Origin: Minisyncoccota bacterium
GTDB taxonomy: Bacteria; Patescibacteriota; Minisyncoccia; Phycocordibacterales; UBA9973
DNA: 61,226 nucleotides
NCBI GenBank assembly: GCA_035994985.1
Contig: DASYKZ010000011.1
Span: 1-61,226, forward strand
Direction of reading: 5' to 3'
Within the stretch, counting starts at the first letter, position 1, and each line of letters opens with the position of its first letter. A model generated the notes under the pieces. The model made no database searches. It was not told the DNA's origin and was given only the letters and a program-made list of their open reading frames with translations. Position numbers and translations under genes: made by a program. Shown here in pieces: positions 16,709 through 26,068 of this stretch.

Positions 16709-18406
16709 ATGAATGATTTTGACGATACAACAGAAAACAAGCAGCTGGATGAACTGCACAAACAGGAAGAAGAGCAGCTGGTAGCCATGCTCGCAGAATC
16801 AAAATATAATCTGCCGTATATAGACTTGAACCGTCTTGGCGTAGACAACGAAGCGCTGCGGACCATAGCCGAAAAAGACGCGCTCGAAATGAAAGTAGCC
16901 CCTTTTAAACTCTTTGGCAAGAATATATACATAGCTGTCCGCTCTCCAGACCCCGACCTTCTCTCAAAATTAAAGGAAGCAATGGCGCGGCAAAATCTCA
17001 TCCCTACTTTTTATATGGCAAGCAGTGCCAGCCTGAATAAAGTATGGGAAAGGTATGTAGAAATCTCAATGGCTGAAAGTTCTACGATTGGCGGCATAGA
17101 TATTTCCGGAGAAGTACTCCGAGACACTGCGAAAAGTATCCACCATATCCAGGACATAGAAAAACTTATAGCCGAGGCCTTGGAAGGAAATAAAATTCAC
17201 AAAATTTCGCGCCTGCTTGAAATAATCTTGGCCGGAGCTATAGCCATAAAAGCTTCCGATGTGCATATCGAAGCAGAAAAAGAGCGAGGCAGGCTACGGC
17301 TTCGGTTGGACGGGATATTGCAAGATGTAAATTTCTTTGATTTGGAGGTGTACCGCCTCCTCAACTCGCGCATAAAATTGCTATCCCAGATGAAGCTAAC
17401 TTCAAAAATCGCCCAAGACGGCAGATTTAATATTATGGAAGAAGACGAAGAGATAAGTATCCGCTGCTCGCTCATACCAGGCTCTTATGGCGAAGCCATA
17501 GTCATGCGTATACTTGACCCAAAATCTATACAAGTAAACCTTGAAGAATTGGGAATCGAGCCGTATCTTTTTGGTATTATTGAAAAAGAAATCGTAAAGC
17601 CAAACGGTATGATTCTCGTCACCGGTCCGACAGGCTCCGGAAAAACCACTACTTTATACGCATTTCTGCGAAAAATTTATTCTAAAGAAATAAACATTAT
17701 AACGATTGAAGACCCGGTAGAATACCATCTCGCCGGCATAACCCAGACTCAGACAAACATAAAGAGAGGATACAGTTTCCCCGAGGGCCTGCGCTCGGCG
17801 CTGCGCCAAGACCCAGATGTAATCATGGTCGGAGAAATACGCGACGGAGAAACTGCTGAGATTGCGGTCCAGTCCGCGCTTACCGGACACATGGTCTTTT
17901 CCACCCTCCACACCAACAACGCCGCCGGAGTCATCCCCCGTCTGATTGACCTGAAAATAAATCCAAAAATCTTAGTCTCTGCTCTGACCCTTTCCATAGC
18001 CCAGCGTCTCGTACGCAAACTGTGTGAATTTTGTAAAAAAGAGAAAGCTCTATCGCAAGAAGAAAGTGAAACCATTAAACTGGTCATGGATAGCATAAAG
18101 GGTGAAGGCAAGAGCCTTAGTAATTACAATATCAACCCTGATGCTCCTTTTAAAATTTTTACTTCTGTAGGCTGTGAAAAATGCAACATGACGGGATTTA
18201 ACGGCAGAATGGGAATCTTTGAAGCGATAAAAACTGATGAAGAAATAGAAAAAATAATGCCGCAAAATCCGAGCGAGCGTGAAATTAAAAAAGTCGCCCG
18301 CACCCAAGGCACCCTTTCCATGCGGCAGGACGGAATTGTAAAAATATTAAACGGCATTACTTCGCTGGAAGAAGTGCGGAGCGTCGTGGATTTGAATGAA
18401 GAATAG
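16709..18406 (+). CDS. PilB/GspE-family secretion ATPase (type IV pilus / T2SS type)
   Basis: Walker A is GPTGSGKTTT, with DPDVIMVGEIRD, the His box LTGHMVFSTLHTN, and a tetracysteine motif (CEFC...CEKC). Confidence 0.85.
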   Translation: MNDFDDTTENKQLDELHKQEEEQLVAMLAESKYNLPYIDLNRLGVDNEALRTIAEKDALEMKVAPFKLFGKNIYIAVRSPDPDLLSKLKEAMARQNLIPTFYMASSASLNKVWERYVEISMAESSTIGGIDISGEVLRDTAKSIHHIQDIEKLIAEALEGNKIHKISRLLEIILAGAIAIKASDVHIEAEKERGRLRLRLDGILQDVNFFDLEVYRLLNSRIKLLSQMKLTSKIAQDGRFNIMEEDEEISIRCSLIPGSYGEAIVMRILDPKSIQVNLEELGIEPYLFGIIEKEIVKPNGMILVTGPTGSGKTTTLYAFLRKIYSKEINIITIEDPVEYHLAGITQTQTNIKRGYSFPEGLRSALRQDPDVIMVGEIRDGETAEIAVQSALTGHMVFSTLHTNNAAGVIPRLIDLKINPKILVSALTLSIAQRLVRKLCEFCKKEKALSQEESETIKLVMDSIKGEGKSLSNYNINPDAPFKIFTSVGCEKCNMTGFNGRMGIFEAIKTDEEIEKIMPQNPSEREIKKVARTQGTLSMRQDGIVKILNGITSLEEVRSVVDLNEE

Positions 18407-18707
18407 AAACAAAAAAACATTAATCTCTAAACAATCCTTTCGGGGCTGAACCCTGAAAGTAATAAATTATTATAGGATAGCACCAGTCAAAATAAATCAA
18501 CCAAAACGTCCTATGCAAAATCATATAACCGGTGGCTGATTGCTTAGAGATTAATGTCTTCTTTTTTCAAAAAATTTGCCCGGCTCTTACCGGACTGGAT
18601 ACATTGTACTACATGCAAAATAACGCAAATGCGATAAAGTGCTATAATGTGTATAGCTATGTGTATACAATGTTGATAAACCCTCTACTCTTACAATATA
18701 GCATACT

Positions 18708-19763
18708 ATGCAGTTAGTGTCAAGTGCAATGTCAAATACTAAAGAAAACAAAACTAAAGAAAAACCTGATGAATCTTTTCTGGACCAGACCCTCCGGCCG
18801 GCCCATTGGGACGAATATATCGGCCAAAAACACATAAAAGACAACGTTAAAATTCTGCTCGACGCGGCCAGCGGCCGCGGACATATCCCTGAGCATATTC
18901 TTTTCTACGGACCGCCGGGATTGGGTAAAACTACCCTCGCCCACCTGATAGCCCGCGAGACGAGCCGGCAAATGAAAATAACTTCCGGCCCGGCCATAGA
19001 AAAAGTCGGCGATTTGGCGTCTATTTTGACCAACCTTGCCTCGGGCGACATACTTTTCATAGATGAAATCCATCGCTTAAATAAAATGGTGGAGGAAATT
19101 CTCTATCCTGCCATGGAGTCTGGTGTGCTCGACATTATCATCGGAAAGGGCCCCTCTGCGCGGACTATCCAGCTCGACCTGCCGCCTTTTACCCTGATAG
19201 CGGCGACCACCCGCGTGGCCCTCGTCTCTGCCCCGCTCCGTTCACGATTCTCGGGCGGAGTTTTCAGGCTGGAATTTTATTCCAACGAGGAAATTGCAAA
19301 AATTATAGACCGGTCCAGCAAACTTTTGCAAATAGGGCTTGAAAAAGAAGCACTGGAGGAAATCGCCAAGCGAAGCCGGTTTACCCCGCGCACGGCGAAT
19401 TATTTTTTGAAAAGAGTCCGCGACTTTGCCCAAGTAAGCGGGCAGGGAGCAACTAGCGGAGTATTGGAAAAGAAAATGGTGAAAGATGCGCTCAATATGC
19501 TCGCGATTGATGATATCGGACTGAACACGTCTGATAGAAAATTTTTGGAAATACTGATAGATAAATTTGGCGGAGGACCTGTCGGCATAAAGACTATAGC
19601 CGCGGCTATGAGTGAAGAAGAAGCCACAGTGGAAGAAGTGATAGAGCCGTACCTTATCCAGCTCGGACTCCTGGAACGCACTGCCCGCGGACGCGTAGCG
19701 ACAAATAAAGCATACGAGCATTTAGGTTTTGATGTTAAAAAAGGGCAGGATAAGCTTTTATAA
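18708..19763 (+). CDS. ruvB: Holliday junction branch migration helicase RuvB
   Basis: Contains LRP..WDEYIGQ, GPPGLGKTTLA and FIDEIHRL. Confidence 0.9.
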   Translation: MQLVSSAMSNTKENKTKEKPDESFLDQTLRPAHWDEYIGQKHIKDNVKILLDAASGRGHIPEHILFYGPPGLGKTTLAHLIARETSRQMKITSGPAIEKVGDLASILTNLASGDILFIDEIHRLNKMVEEILYPAMESGVLDIIIGKGPSARTIQLDLPPFTLIAATTRVALVSAPLRSRFSGGVFRLEFYSNEEIAKIIDRSSKLLQIGLEKEALEEIAKRSRFTPRTANYFLKRVRDFAQVSGQGATSGVLEKKMVKDALNMLAIDDIGLNTSDRKFLEILIDKFGGGPVGIKTIAAAMSEEEATVEEVIEPYLIQLGLLERTARGRVATNKAYEHLGFDVKKGQDKLL

Positions 19764-19770
19764 AAATTTA

Positions 19771-19798
19771 GCCGCCTAACGATATTATCGCTGGCGGC
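19771..19798. terminator. Bidirectional terminator hairpin
   Basis: gccgcc (19771-19776) pairs with ggcggc (19793-19798). A/T runs flank it on both sides. It sits between convergent ruvB and a small minus-strand ORF. Confidence 0.55.
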
Positions 19799-19822
19799 AT
19801 AATGTGTTTTTGCTTCTATTGG

Positions 19823-20038
19823 CTAATTTGTTTGTCTGGCACAGAAGTGCCGAAAGCCTTTGGGTCCGAAGCTGACCCACCCCTGAGAACTGAAGTTCAT
19901 AGGGTATTTTTTAGGAGGAAAGTAGGGGTTTCTCTTTCTTCTCCCGGGGACATTCGAAGTTTGGGGACCCGTACCTCCCATTTCTTCTTCGTCACCAAAA
20001 GACAGAGCTTTCCCAATAGGACCGAGCAGGTTTTTCAT
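19823..20038 (-). CDS. Small Gly/Pro/Lys-rich hypothetical protein (71 aa)
   Basis: The ATG at 20038 is preceded by GGAG with a 6-nt spacer. The shared terminator lies downstream. No homology recognised. Confidence 0.4.
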   Translation of the reverse strand: MKNLLGPIGKALSFGDEEEMGGTGPQTSNVPGRRKRNPYFPPKKYPMNFSSQGWVSFGPKGFRHFCARQTN

Positions 20039-20182
20039 ATAATACTCCAAAGAACAGTACTACGGTAAAACCATAGACCACGTATTCCTACGTTCTACGA
20101 CCGTGCTTTGTTATTAAAGCATGTACAAAAACAAAAAGAAATTGGTTTATACACACTTGCTAAATAATGCTAAAATCAATGA

Positions 20183-20671
20183 ATGAGAATTTTGGGAATA
20201 GACCCCGGATATGAACGGCTGGGAATTGCTGTTTTGGAAAAAAATAAGGGAGACAGGAAAGAAAAAGTGATTTTTTCCGAGTGTTTCAAAACTTCGGCGA
20301 AGTTAGATTTTTCCGAAAGGTTGCTCCTTATAGGCGAAGAAGTGCGGAGTGTAATAAAAAAATACAAGCCAGAAGTTTTGTCTATCGAAACCCTTTTTGC
20401 CACGAATAACCAAAAGACGGTAATGCACGTGGCCGAAGCTCGAGGGGTGGTGATATACGAAGCCGTACAAGCCGGCTTAAAAATTTTCGAAGCCTCCCCT
20501 CCCCAGATAAAAATGGCTACGACCGGATACGGCAAGGCCGATAAAAATCAAATAATAAAAATGGTAAAAATGCTTGTAGAGATAGATAATTTCAAAAAGT
20601 CAGACGACGAATTAGACGCTATAGCTATAGCTCTCACAGCTTTCGCCTACTTACCCGCACACTTACTTTAA
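20183..20671 (+). CDS. ruvC: Crossover junction endodeoxyribonuclease RuvC
   Basis: Contains MRILGIDPGYERLG, and the C-terminal DELDAIAIAL is typical of RuvC. Confidence 0.85.
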   Translation: MRILGIDPGYERLGIAVLEKNKGDRKEKVIFSECFKTSAKLDFSERLLLIGEEVRSVIKKYKPEVLSIETLFATNNQKTVMHVAEARGVVIYEAVQAGLKIFEASPPQIKMATTGYGKADKNQIIKMVKMLVEIDNFKKSDDELDAIAIALTAFAYLPAHLL

Positions 20672-20822
20672 AGATATTGAGTACAATGCACCAAAGGTGC
20701 GTCTTTAAAAGTAAGTGTGCGGGTTATCCACATTTTGCTCTTTTTGCTATTGCTAAGTGTTTTGTATTTTGTTACAAAGTAGGCATTAATAGAGTATCAA
20801 TAAAAATATATAAACATTTTTT

Positions 20823-20960
20823 ATGAGTTACGACGAAGATGATGGTTTTGGTGGCGGTTTTAAAATGTATGATGATGACGATGATGAATTTGCCGATCCG
20901 GCAGACCCTATTGCCGAGGACTACGACCTAGAAGACGAAAATCCCGAAAAGGACGGATAG
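20823..20960 (+). CDS. Possible 45-aa highly acidic micro-protein
   Basis: An ATG-to-TAG frame encodes MSYDEDDGFGGGFKMYDDDDDEFADPADPIAEDYDLEDENPEKDG, followed by a strong terminator. There is no Shine-Dalgarno sequence. Confidence 0.3.
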   Translation: MSYDEDDGFGGGFKMYDDDDDEFADPADPIAEDYDLEDENPEKDG

Positions 20961-20975
20961 CAATGTAAACAAAAA

Positions 20976-21005
20976 AGCCTCCAGTATTTCACTGGAGGCT
21001 TTTTT
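20976..21005. terminator. Bidirectional intrinsic terminator
   Basis: agcctccagt pairs with actggaggct (10-bp stem). An A-run precedes it and a T-run follows. It lies downstream of tyrS (minus) and the micro-ORF (plus). Confidence 0.7.
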
Positions 21006-21008
21006 GTT

Positions 21009-22400
21009 TTAGAACTTCAATTTCAGAAAACGGTGCTTACCTATTTTATATACCGTCCCTAGAGCAAGAGCATCTATATCTTTAATCTTTTCATTCGTGT
21101 CCATGTCGGTTATAGCCCCTTCGGTTACCAGCCTCCTAAACTCAGTTTTAGAAGTGACTATTTTTTCATGAAGTAAAACGTCCACAAGCTTCGTATCTAC
21201 TTTGACTTGTATTTCAAGCACATCGTCCGGCACGCCTCCTTTGGCAAAAGTTTTTTCAAAATTCTCTTCGGCTTCTTTTGCTTTTGCTTCGCCATGGTAA
21301 ATAGAAACGATTTGGCGGGCCAAGCTCATTTTTATATCTTTGGGGTTGGCACTATTCTCAGTGAGCTTTTTACGGATATCGGCTACTTCAGACAGCGGAG
21401 TAAACGTACAGAGCTCAAAGTAATTCATAATAGATGTGTCTGGGATAGACATTACCTTGCCGTACATGTCGCTTGGTTCGTCGGTAATGCCGATATAATT
21501 GTCCAAGCTTTTAGACATCTTTTCCTTGCCGTCGGTGCCCTCTATGATTTTAACCGCCATGACAGCCTGCTCAGGTTGTTTGTACATTTTCATCACGTCA
21601 CGGCCCATAAGCATATTAAAGGTCTGGTCTGTGCCGCCAATTTCAAGGTCGCAAGCGCCATACACCTTGTGGAGTATATGTGAGTCCAATCCTTGAAGAA
21701 CAGGGTACAGCATTTCATTCATATAAAGTTCCTCTCCTTTGTTTATGCGCTCTTTGAACATGTCGCGGGCTATCAGCCTCGAATGGGTAATGTTTCGGAG
21801 GGTTCTTAAGACATAAGAAAAGGAAACGCTGTAAATCTGCCGATTTTTCAGGTCTATCTTCTGCATTCTGGAATTTTCGAGAAGTATGGCCTTACCGGGA
21901 AATGAATTAGGGTCCAAGGGATACACTTTTTTGGTATTGCCTTCCATTATTTCAATATTAGTGGAGGAATCCGGTCCGGGGATGACATCTGAGACATCGG
22001 TAAACCAGTCGGAATTTTTAATCCAAGAAAATACTTTCGAGTCTTCCTGTAAAATTTTGCCGACCTGAGCCAAATATGTTTTCATGTTGGCTTGGATTTC
22101 AGCCAATTGTATTTCGGGGCGGATTTTATTTTTTCCGGTTGGATCTCCTATCTGTCCGGTATAATCTCCAACCAAAAATACCACCTTGCAACCAAGGTCC
22201 TGAAACTGGCGCAGTTTGCGCAATACCACGGCGTGGCCGATATGGATATCAGGGCGGGTCGGGTCGATACCGAACTTGATTACAATTTTTTCAGGGTTGT
22301 TTTCCAGCTTCCTGCGAAAAGCTCCGTCAGGGTCGATAAATTCCCCTACGGCGCGAGTCAATATATCATCTATTCTTTGTTTGCTTTGCTTGTCCGGCAT
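21009..22400 (-). CDS. tyrS: Tyrosyl-tRNA synthetase
   Basis: The HIGH motif is DIHIGHAV and the KMSKS motif is KMSKSLDN. There is a C-terminal S4-like domain. Confidence 0.85.
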   Translation of the reverse strand: MPDKQSKQRIDDILTRAVGEFIDPDGAFRRKLENNPEKIVIKFGIDPTRPDIHIGHAVVLRKLRQFQDLGCKVVFLVGDYTGQIGDPTGKNKIRPEIQLAEIQANMKTYLAQVGKILQEDSKVFSWIKNSDWFTDVSDVIPGPDSSTNIEIMEGNTKKVYPLDPNSFPGKAILLENSRMQKIDLKNRQIYSVSFSYVLRTLRNITHSRLIARDMFKERINKGEELYMNEMLYPVLQGLDSHILHKVYGACDLEIGGTDQTFNMLMGRDVMKMYKQPEQAVMAVKIIEGTDGKEKMSKSLDNYIGITDEPSDMYGKVMSIPDTSIMNYFELCTFTPLSEVADIRKKLTENSANPKDIKMSLARQIVSIYHGEAKAKEAEENFEKTFAKGGVPDDVLEIQVKVDTKLVDVLLHEKIVTSKTEFRRLVTEGAITDMDTNEKIKDIDALALGTVYKIGKHRFLKLKF

Positions 22401-22491
22401 ATCCCAAGACTATCACAATAAAAGATAAATCTCAAAAAACGCCTACAGAAGAATATGGGAAATATCTAATTTTCTGCTATGATTACTATAT

Positions 22492-24693
22492 ATGAAGAAA
22501 ACAAAGGCTATCATCAAGCAAATCAAAAGAAATATAATTTTATTAAAAAATAAAATCAAGAAAAACAAGCATTTTTGGAAAAATGTCCTCCTTTTTGCGG
22601 CCGGTATTATGGTCCTCATAATCGGCATAACCGTCATCTGGCTTTCCACCCTGCAAATCCCTGATTTTCGAGCATTCCAAGAAAGAAAAATTGAAAACTC
22701 CACTAAAATATATGACCGTACCGGCAAAGTATTGCTGTATGACCTGAGCCAGGACGTAAGAAAAACAGATATTACTTTTGAAGAGATGGGAGCAAACATA
22801 AAAAATGCCACGCTTGCCATAGAAGATGCCGAATTTTACAACCATGGCGGGATACGCATTTCTTCCATTATCCGCGCAGTTTTAATAAATTTTTTCAGCA
22901 CCGGCCCTACCCAGGGCGGCTCAACCATAACCCAGCAATTGGTAAAAAATACTTTGCTGACCTCGCAAAAATCCTATACGAGAAAAATAAAAGAGTGGGT
23001 TTTGGCGATAAAGATAGACAAGGTTCTGCCGAAAGATAAAATCTTTGAATATTACCTGAATGAAAATCCGTACGGGGGGACTATATATGGTATAGAAGAA
23101 GCTAGTCAGATATATTTTAATAAAAATGCTTCAGAGCTAAGCGTAGCGGAAGCAGCATATCTGGCGGCTATTCCGCAGTCTCCGACAATTTTATCGCCTT
23201 ATGGAAAACATAAAGATAAATTAGAAGTAAGAAAAAATTTAGTATTAGGAAGAGAACTGGAACTTAAATTTATTACGGAGCGGCAATACGACCAAGCCAA
23301 AAGCGAAATTGTGGCGTTTATGCCTCAGGCAAATTCCGGCATCAAGGCACCTCACTTTGTTTTCTTTATCAAAGATTATTTGGAAGAAAAATACGGGAGT
23401 GATTTAGTAGACACAGGCGGACTCAAAGTCACCACGACGCTCGATTATGATTTACAGTCTGTAGGGGAACAAATTGTGAAAGAAGGTGCTCTCTCCAATG
23501 AAAAGAAGTATAATGCTACAAATGCTGCTCTAGTTGCTATAGACCCGAAGACAGGGCAAATCTTGACAATGATAGGCTCCCGGGACTATTTTGATAAAAA
23601 TATAGATGGAAATTTTAATGTCACCACTGCTCTTCGGCAGCCGGGCTCATCTTTCAAACCGTTTATTTACGCGACTGCCTTCAATAAGGGTTTCACTCCG
23701 AGCACAGTGCTCTTTGACCTGCCTACAGAATTCCAAACTACTTGTGACGCCTATGGCAAGGCATTGCCGGGATACAGCCAAGGCGACTGTTACATGCCTC
23801 AGGATTTTGACGGAAAATTCCGCGGCCCGATGTCGCTTCACGACGCTCTCGCCCAATCTATAAACATTCCGGCGGTAAAGCTCTTTTACTTAGTCGGCCA
23901 AAAACAGGCCGCAGACGAGGCTACAGCTATGGGTATCAGCACTCTGACTGACCCAAGCAGATACGGGCTTACACTCGTTATCGGAGGCGGAGAAGTAATG
24001 CCGCTTGATATAACTTCAGCCTACGGGGTTTTTGCAAATAACGGGGTAAAAAATCCTTATACAGGAATTTTAAAAGTAGAAGACCAAAGGGGCAATATTC
24101 TTGAAGAATATACACCAAACAGCACAGAAGTTCTGTCGAAGAATACAGCTCTTATGATTTCTGATATTTTATCAGACAACGTGGCTCGTGCGCCGACATT
24201 TGGCGCAAACTCGGCATTGAACATACCCGGCAAGGATGTAGCCACAAAAACAGGAACGACCAACAACGACAAAGATGCCTGGACAGTCGGCTATACGCCT
24301 TCTATCACAGTGGGAGTCTGGGCTGGAAACAATGATAATAAAAAAATGAAAAGCGGGGGCTCCGCTATTGCTGCACCAATCTGGAATAAGTTTATGGTTG
24401 AGGCATTGAAAAAATTTCCGGATGAAACGTTTGAAGAGCCAGACTTATATATTGACCCGCAAACTACAAAGCCGATACTACGCGGCGTGTGGCAGGGAGA
24501 TGTGCATTCAATATTATATTGGGTGGATAAAAGTGATATTACAGGCCCGCTGCCGGCAAACCCTAGCGACGACCCGCAATTTAACCACTGGGAGATACCT
24601 GTACAAAACTGGTGGGCTCAAAACAAAAATAGGTATCCGGCAACCCCGCTAGACACCCCGCAAGCCTTGCCTATTCTTGGAACTCCGCAATAA
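22492..24693 (+). CDS. Class A penicillin-binding protein (transglycosylase/transpeptidase)
   Basis: GT51 motifs are EDAEFYNHGG and GGSTITQQL. Transpeptidase motifs are SSFKP and KTGTT. There is an N-terminal TM anchor. Confidence 0.9.
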   Translation: MKKTKAIIKQIKRNIILLKNKIKKNKHFWKNVLLFAAGIMVLIIGITVIWLSTLQIPDFRAFQERKIENSTKIYDRTGKVLLYDLSQDVRKTDITFEEMGANIKNATLAIEDAEFYNHGGIRISSIIRAVLINFFSTGPTQGGSTITQQLVKNTLLTSQKSYTRKIKEWVLAIKIDKVLPKDKIFEYYLNENPYGGTIYGIEEASQIYFNKNASELSVAEAAYLAAIPQSPTILSPYGKHKDKLEVRKNLVLGRELELKFITERQYDQAKSEIVAFMPQANSGIKAPHFVFFIKDYLEEKYGSDLVDTGGLKVTTTLDYDLQSVGEQIVKEGALSNEKKYNATNAALVAIDPKTGQILTMIGSRDYFDKNIDGNFNVTTALRQPGSSFKPFIYATAFNKGFTPSTVLFDLPTEFQTTCDAYGKALPGYSQGDCYMPQDFDGKFRGPMSLHDALAQSINIPAVKLFYLVGQKQAADEATAMGISTLTDPSRYGLTLVIGGGEVMPLDITSAYGVFANNGVKNPYTGILKVEDQRGNILEEYTPNSTEVLSKNTALMISDILSDNVARAPTFGANSALNIPGKDVATKTGTTNNDKDAWTVGYTPSITVGVWAGNNDNKKMKSGGSAIAAPIWNKFMVEALKKFPDETFEEPDLYIDPQTTKPILRGVWQGDVHSILYWVDKSDITGPLPANPSDDPQFNHWEIPVQNWWAQNKNRYPATPLDTPQALPILGTPQ

Positions 24694-24703
24694 TCAAAAA
24701 CTG

Positions 24704-24961
24704 CTATCGGATATTTTTTGGGGATTTTTTGCCCAGAGTTTCCTGCAACAGGCTCATGATTTTTTCTTGTTGTAAAAAAATTTCACTCTTGTAAATAGGT
24801 TTTACGTTTAAATAAACAGTATTGTTTTTGATTTTTATGTCAATTTTTTCTATTTTTAGATTAACTACTTTTTCTAGAATTTTCCTTATGGCGTTTATCT
24901 TAGCTTCTTCTGAAAGAAGGATGTGGTCAAACCGGGCAAGTAAATCTTTTATTTCAATCAT
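24704..24961 (-). CDS. Small protein downstream of dnaN (possibly DUF721/DciA-like)
   Basis: It is 85 aa and sits directly after dnaN. The IKIKNNTVYLNVKPIYKSEI pattern resembles DUF721. The call is weak. Confidence 0.35.
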   Translation of the reverse strand: MIEIKDLLARFDHILLSEEAKINAIRKILEKVVNLKIEKIDIKIKNNTVYLNVKPIYKSEIFLQQEKIMSLLQETLGKKSPKNIR

Positions 24962-24970
24962 ACTTGTTCC

Positions 24971-26068
24971 TTATGTGTTCATGGGCATTATAAGGTAGGT
25001 AAATGAAGTATCGGAGACAGGTGAGATTATTATTGGCTTTAATGAGCCGGCGAATTTTATTGATATACTATCGGTAGTGATAGACTGGAAGCAATCCAGA
25101 AAGTATTTGTAGTTAAACCCAAGCTGGACATCTTCCCCGGTAAGCGCGGCGTCTACATGGGTTTTATTTTCGCCGATATCATTGTTGACCGAAGAAAGCT
25201 CAAAAATCTTTTCTTTCGGCAAAACGTTCAGATTTATCTGGTTAAATTTATCAGAAAAAATATTAGCCAGTTTTAGGGTATTTAATAAATCTTGTTTGAG
25301 TATTACCGCGGCAGAGGTGGATTCTTTTGGAATAATCTGGCGATAATCAGGGAAAATTCCGTCAATTACCCTTGAGGTTAAGTAAATAGTATCAGAAGAA
25401 AAAGAAATGGAGTTTTTGTTGAAGGAAACTTTTAAGTCTCCATTTACCTCTCCAAAAATTCTTATTATTTCTGAAATATTTTTAAACGGAATAAGAATAC
25501 CGGAGATTTCTGGAAGTCCTTTTGTTTTAATTTTTTTTTCTGCCAGCCTGAAAGAATCCGTAGAAACAAAAATTAAATTGTCTTCTTTTGTATACATATA
25601 CACGCTGGAAATTTCAGGTTTTATATCTGAAATCAAAGCACTGTAATAAACTGATTTTATACCATTTATTATTTTTTTTGATTCTATTTCAAAATCAGTG
25701 CCGGAAATTTTCGGAATTGTAGGGAAATCATCATGGAGTTGGCCTTTGATTTTTATTTTACTTTTTTTTGTAGTAACTGACAGATTTCCATCTATACTTT
25801 CAATAAATATACTTTCATTCTGGGGGAAATTTGAAAAAATATTGTTTAGTATGGTTCCGGAAACAGCTACCGTACCGGCGGTGTCTATTTTAGCAGGAAT
25901 TCTAATCTCAATTCCAATACTTAGGTTAGTAGCTCTTAGTATTAATGAATTTTTATCAGTAGTAAGTAAAATAGAACTTAATATTGGTAAAGTAAGGTTT
26001 TTACCTATTACTTTTTCTGCTTTAGAAATTCCATCTCTAAGTTCTTCTATTTTACATTCTAATTTCAT
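24971..26068 (-). CDS. dnaN: DNA polymerase III beta sliding clamp
   Basis: It is 365 aa and sits after dnaA. The three-domain clamp pattern is present, and the C-terminal end ...YLIMPM is typical. Confidence 0.85.
   Translation of the reverse strand: MKLECKIEELRDGISKAEKVIGKNLTLPILSSILLTTDKNSLILRATNLSIGIEIRIPAKIDTAGTVAVSGTILNNIFSNFPQNESIFIESIDGNLSVTTKKSKIKIKGQLHDDFPTIPKISGTDFEIESKKIINGIKSVYYSALISDIKPEISSVYMYTKEDNLIFVSTDSFRLAEKKIKTKGLPEISGILIPFKNISEIIRIFGEVNGDLKVSFNKNSISFSSDTIYLTSRVIDGIFPDYRQIIPKESTSAAVILKQDLLNTLKLANIFSDKFNQINLNVLPKEKIFELSSVNNDIGENKTHVDAALTGEDVQLGFNYKYFLDCFQSITTDSISIKFAGSLKPIIISPVSDTSFTYLIMPMNT

Noticed and set aside
19868-19940. Strings reminiscent of bacterial RNase P RNA on the plus strand: gaagctgacc (like the E. 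coli M1 5' end) and ggaggaaagtagggg (like the GGAGGAAAGUCCGGGC P4 region), about 50 nt apart.
   Set aside because: I could not find a downstream partner for P4 (an ACAGA..CCCCUCUU-type strand) or the other conserved modules. The region is too short. A minus-strand ORF with a good SD and a shared terminator explains the sequence. A covariance-model scan would settle it.
20724-20732. A perfect TTATCCACA DnaA box as evidence for an origin next to ruvC.
   Set aside because: It is a single isolated box with no AT-rich unwinding region or box cluster. The dnaA-flanking spacers are much better oriC candidates. I kept it only as part of the ruvC hairpin observation.
22443-22845. Minus-strand ORFs (125 and 100 aa) overlapping the PBP gene start.
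   Set aside because: They are antisense to a gene with unambiguous GT51 and transpeptidase motifs. Their hydrophobic translation is a mirror of the PBP membrane anchor.
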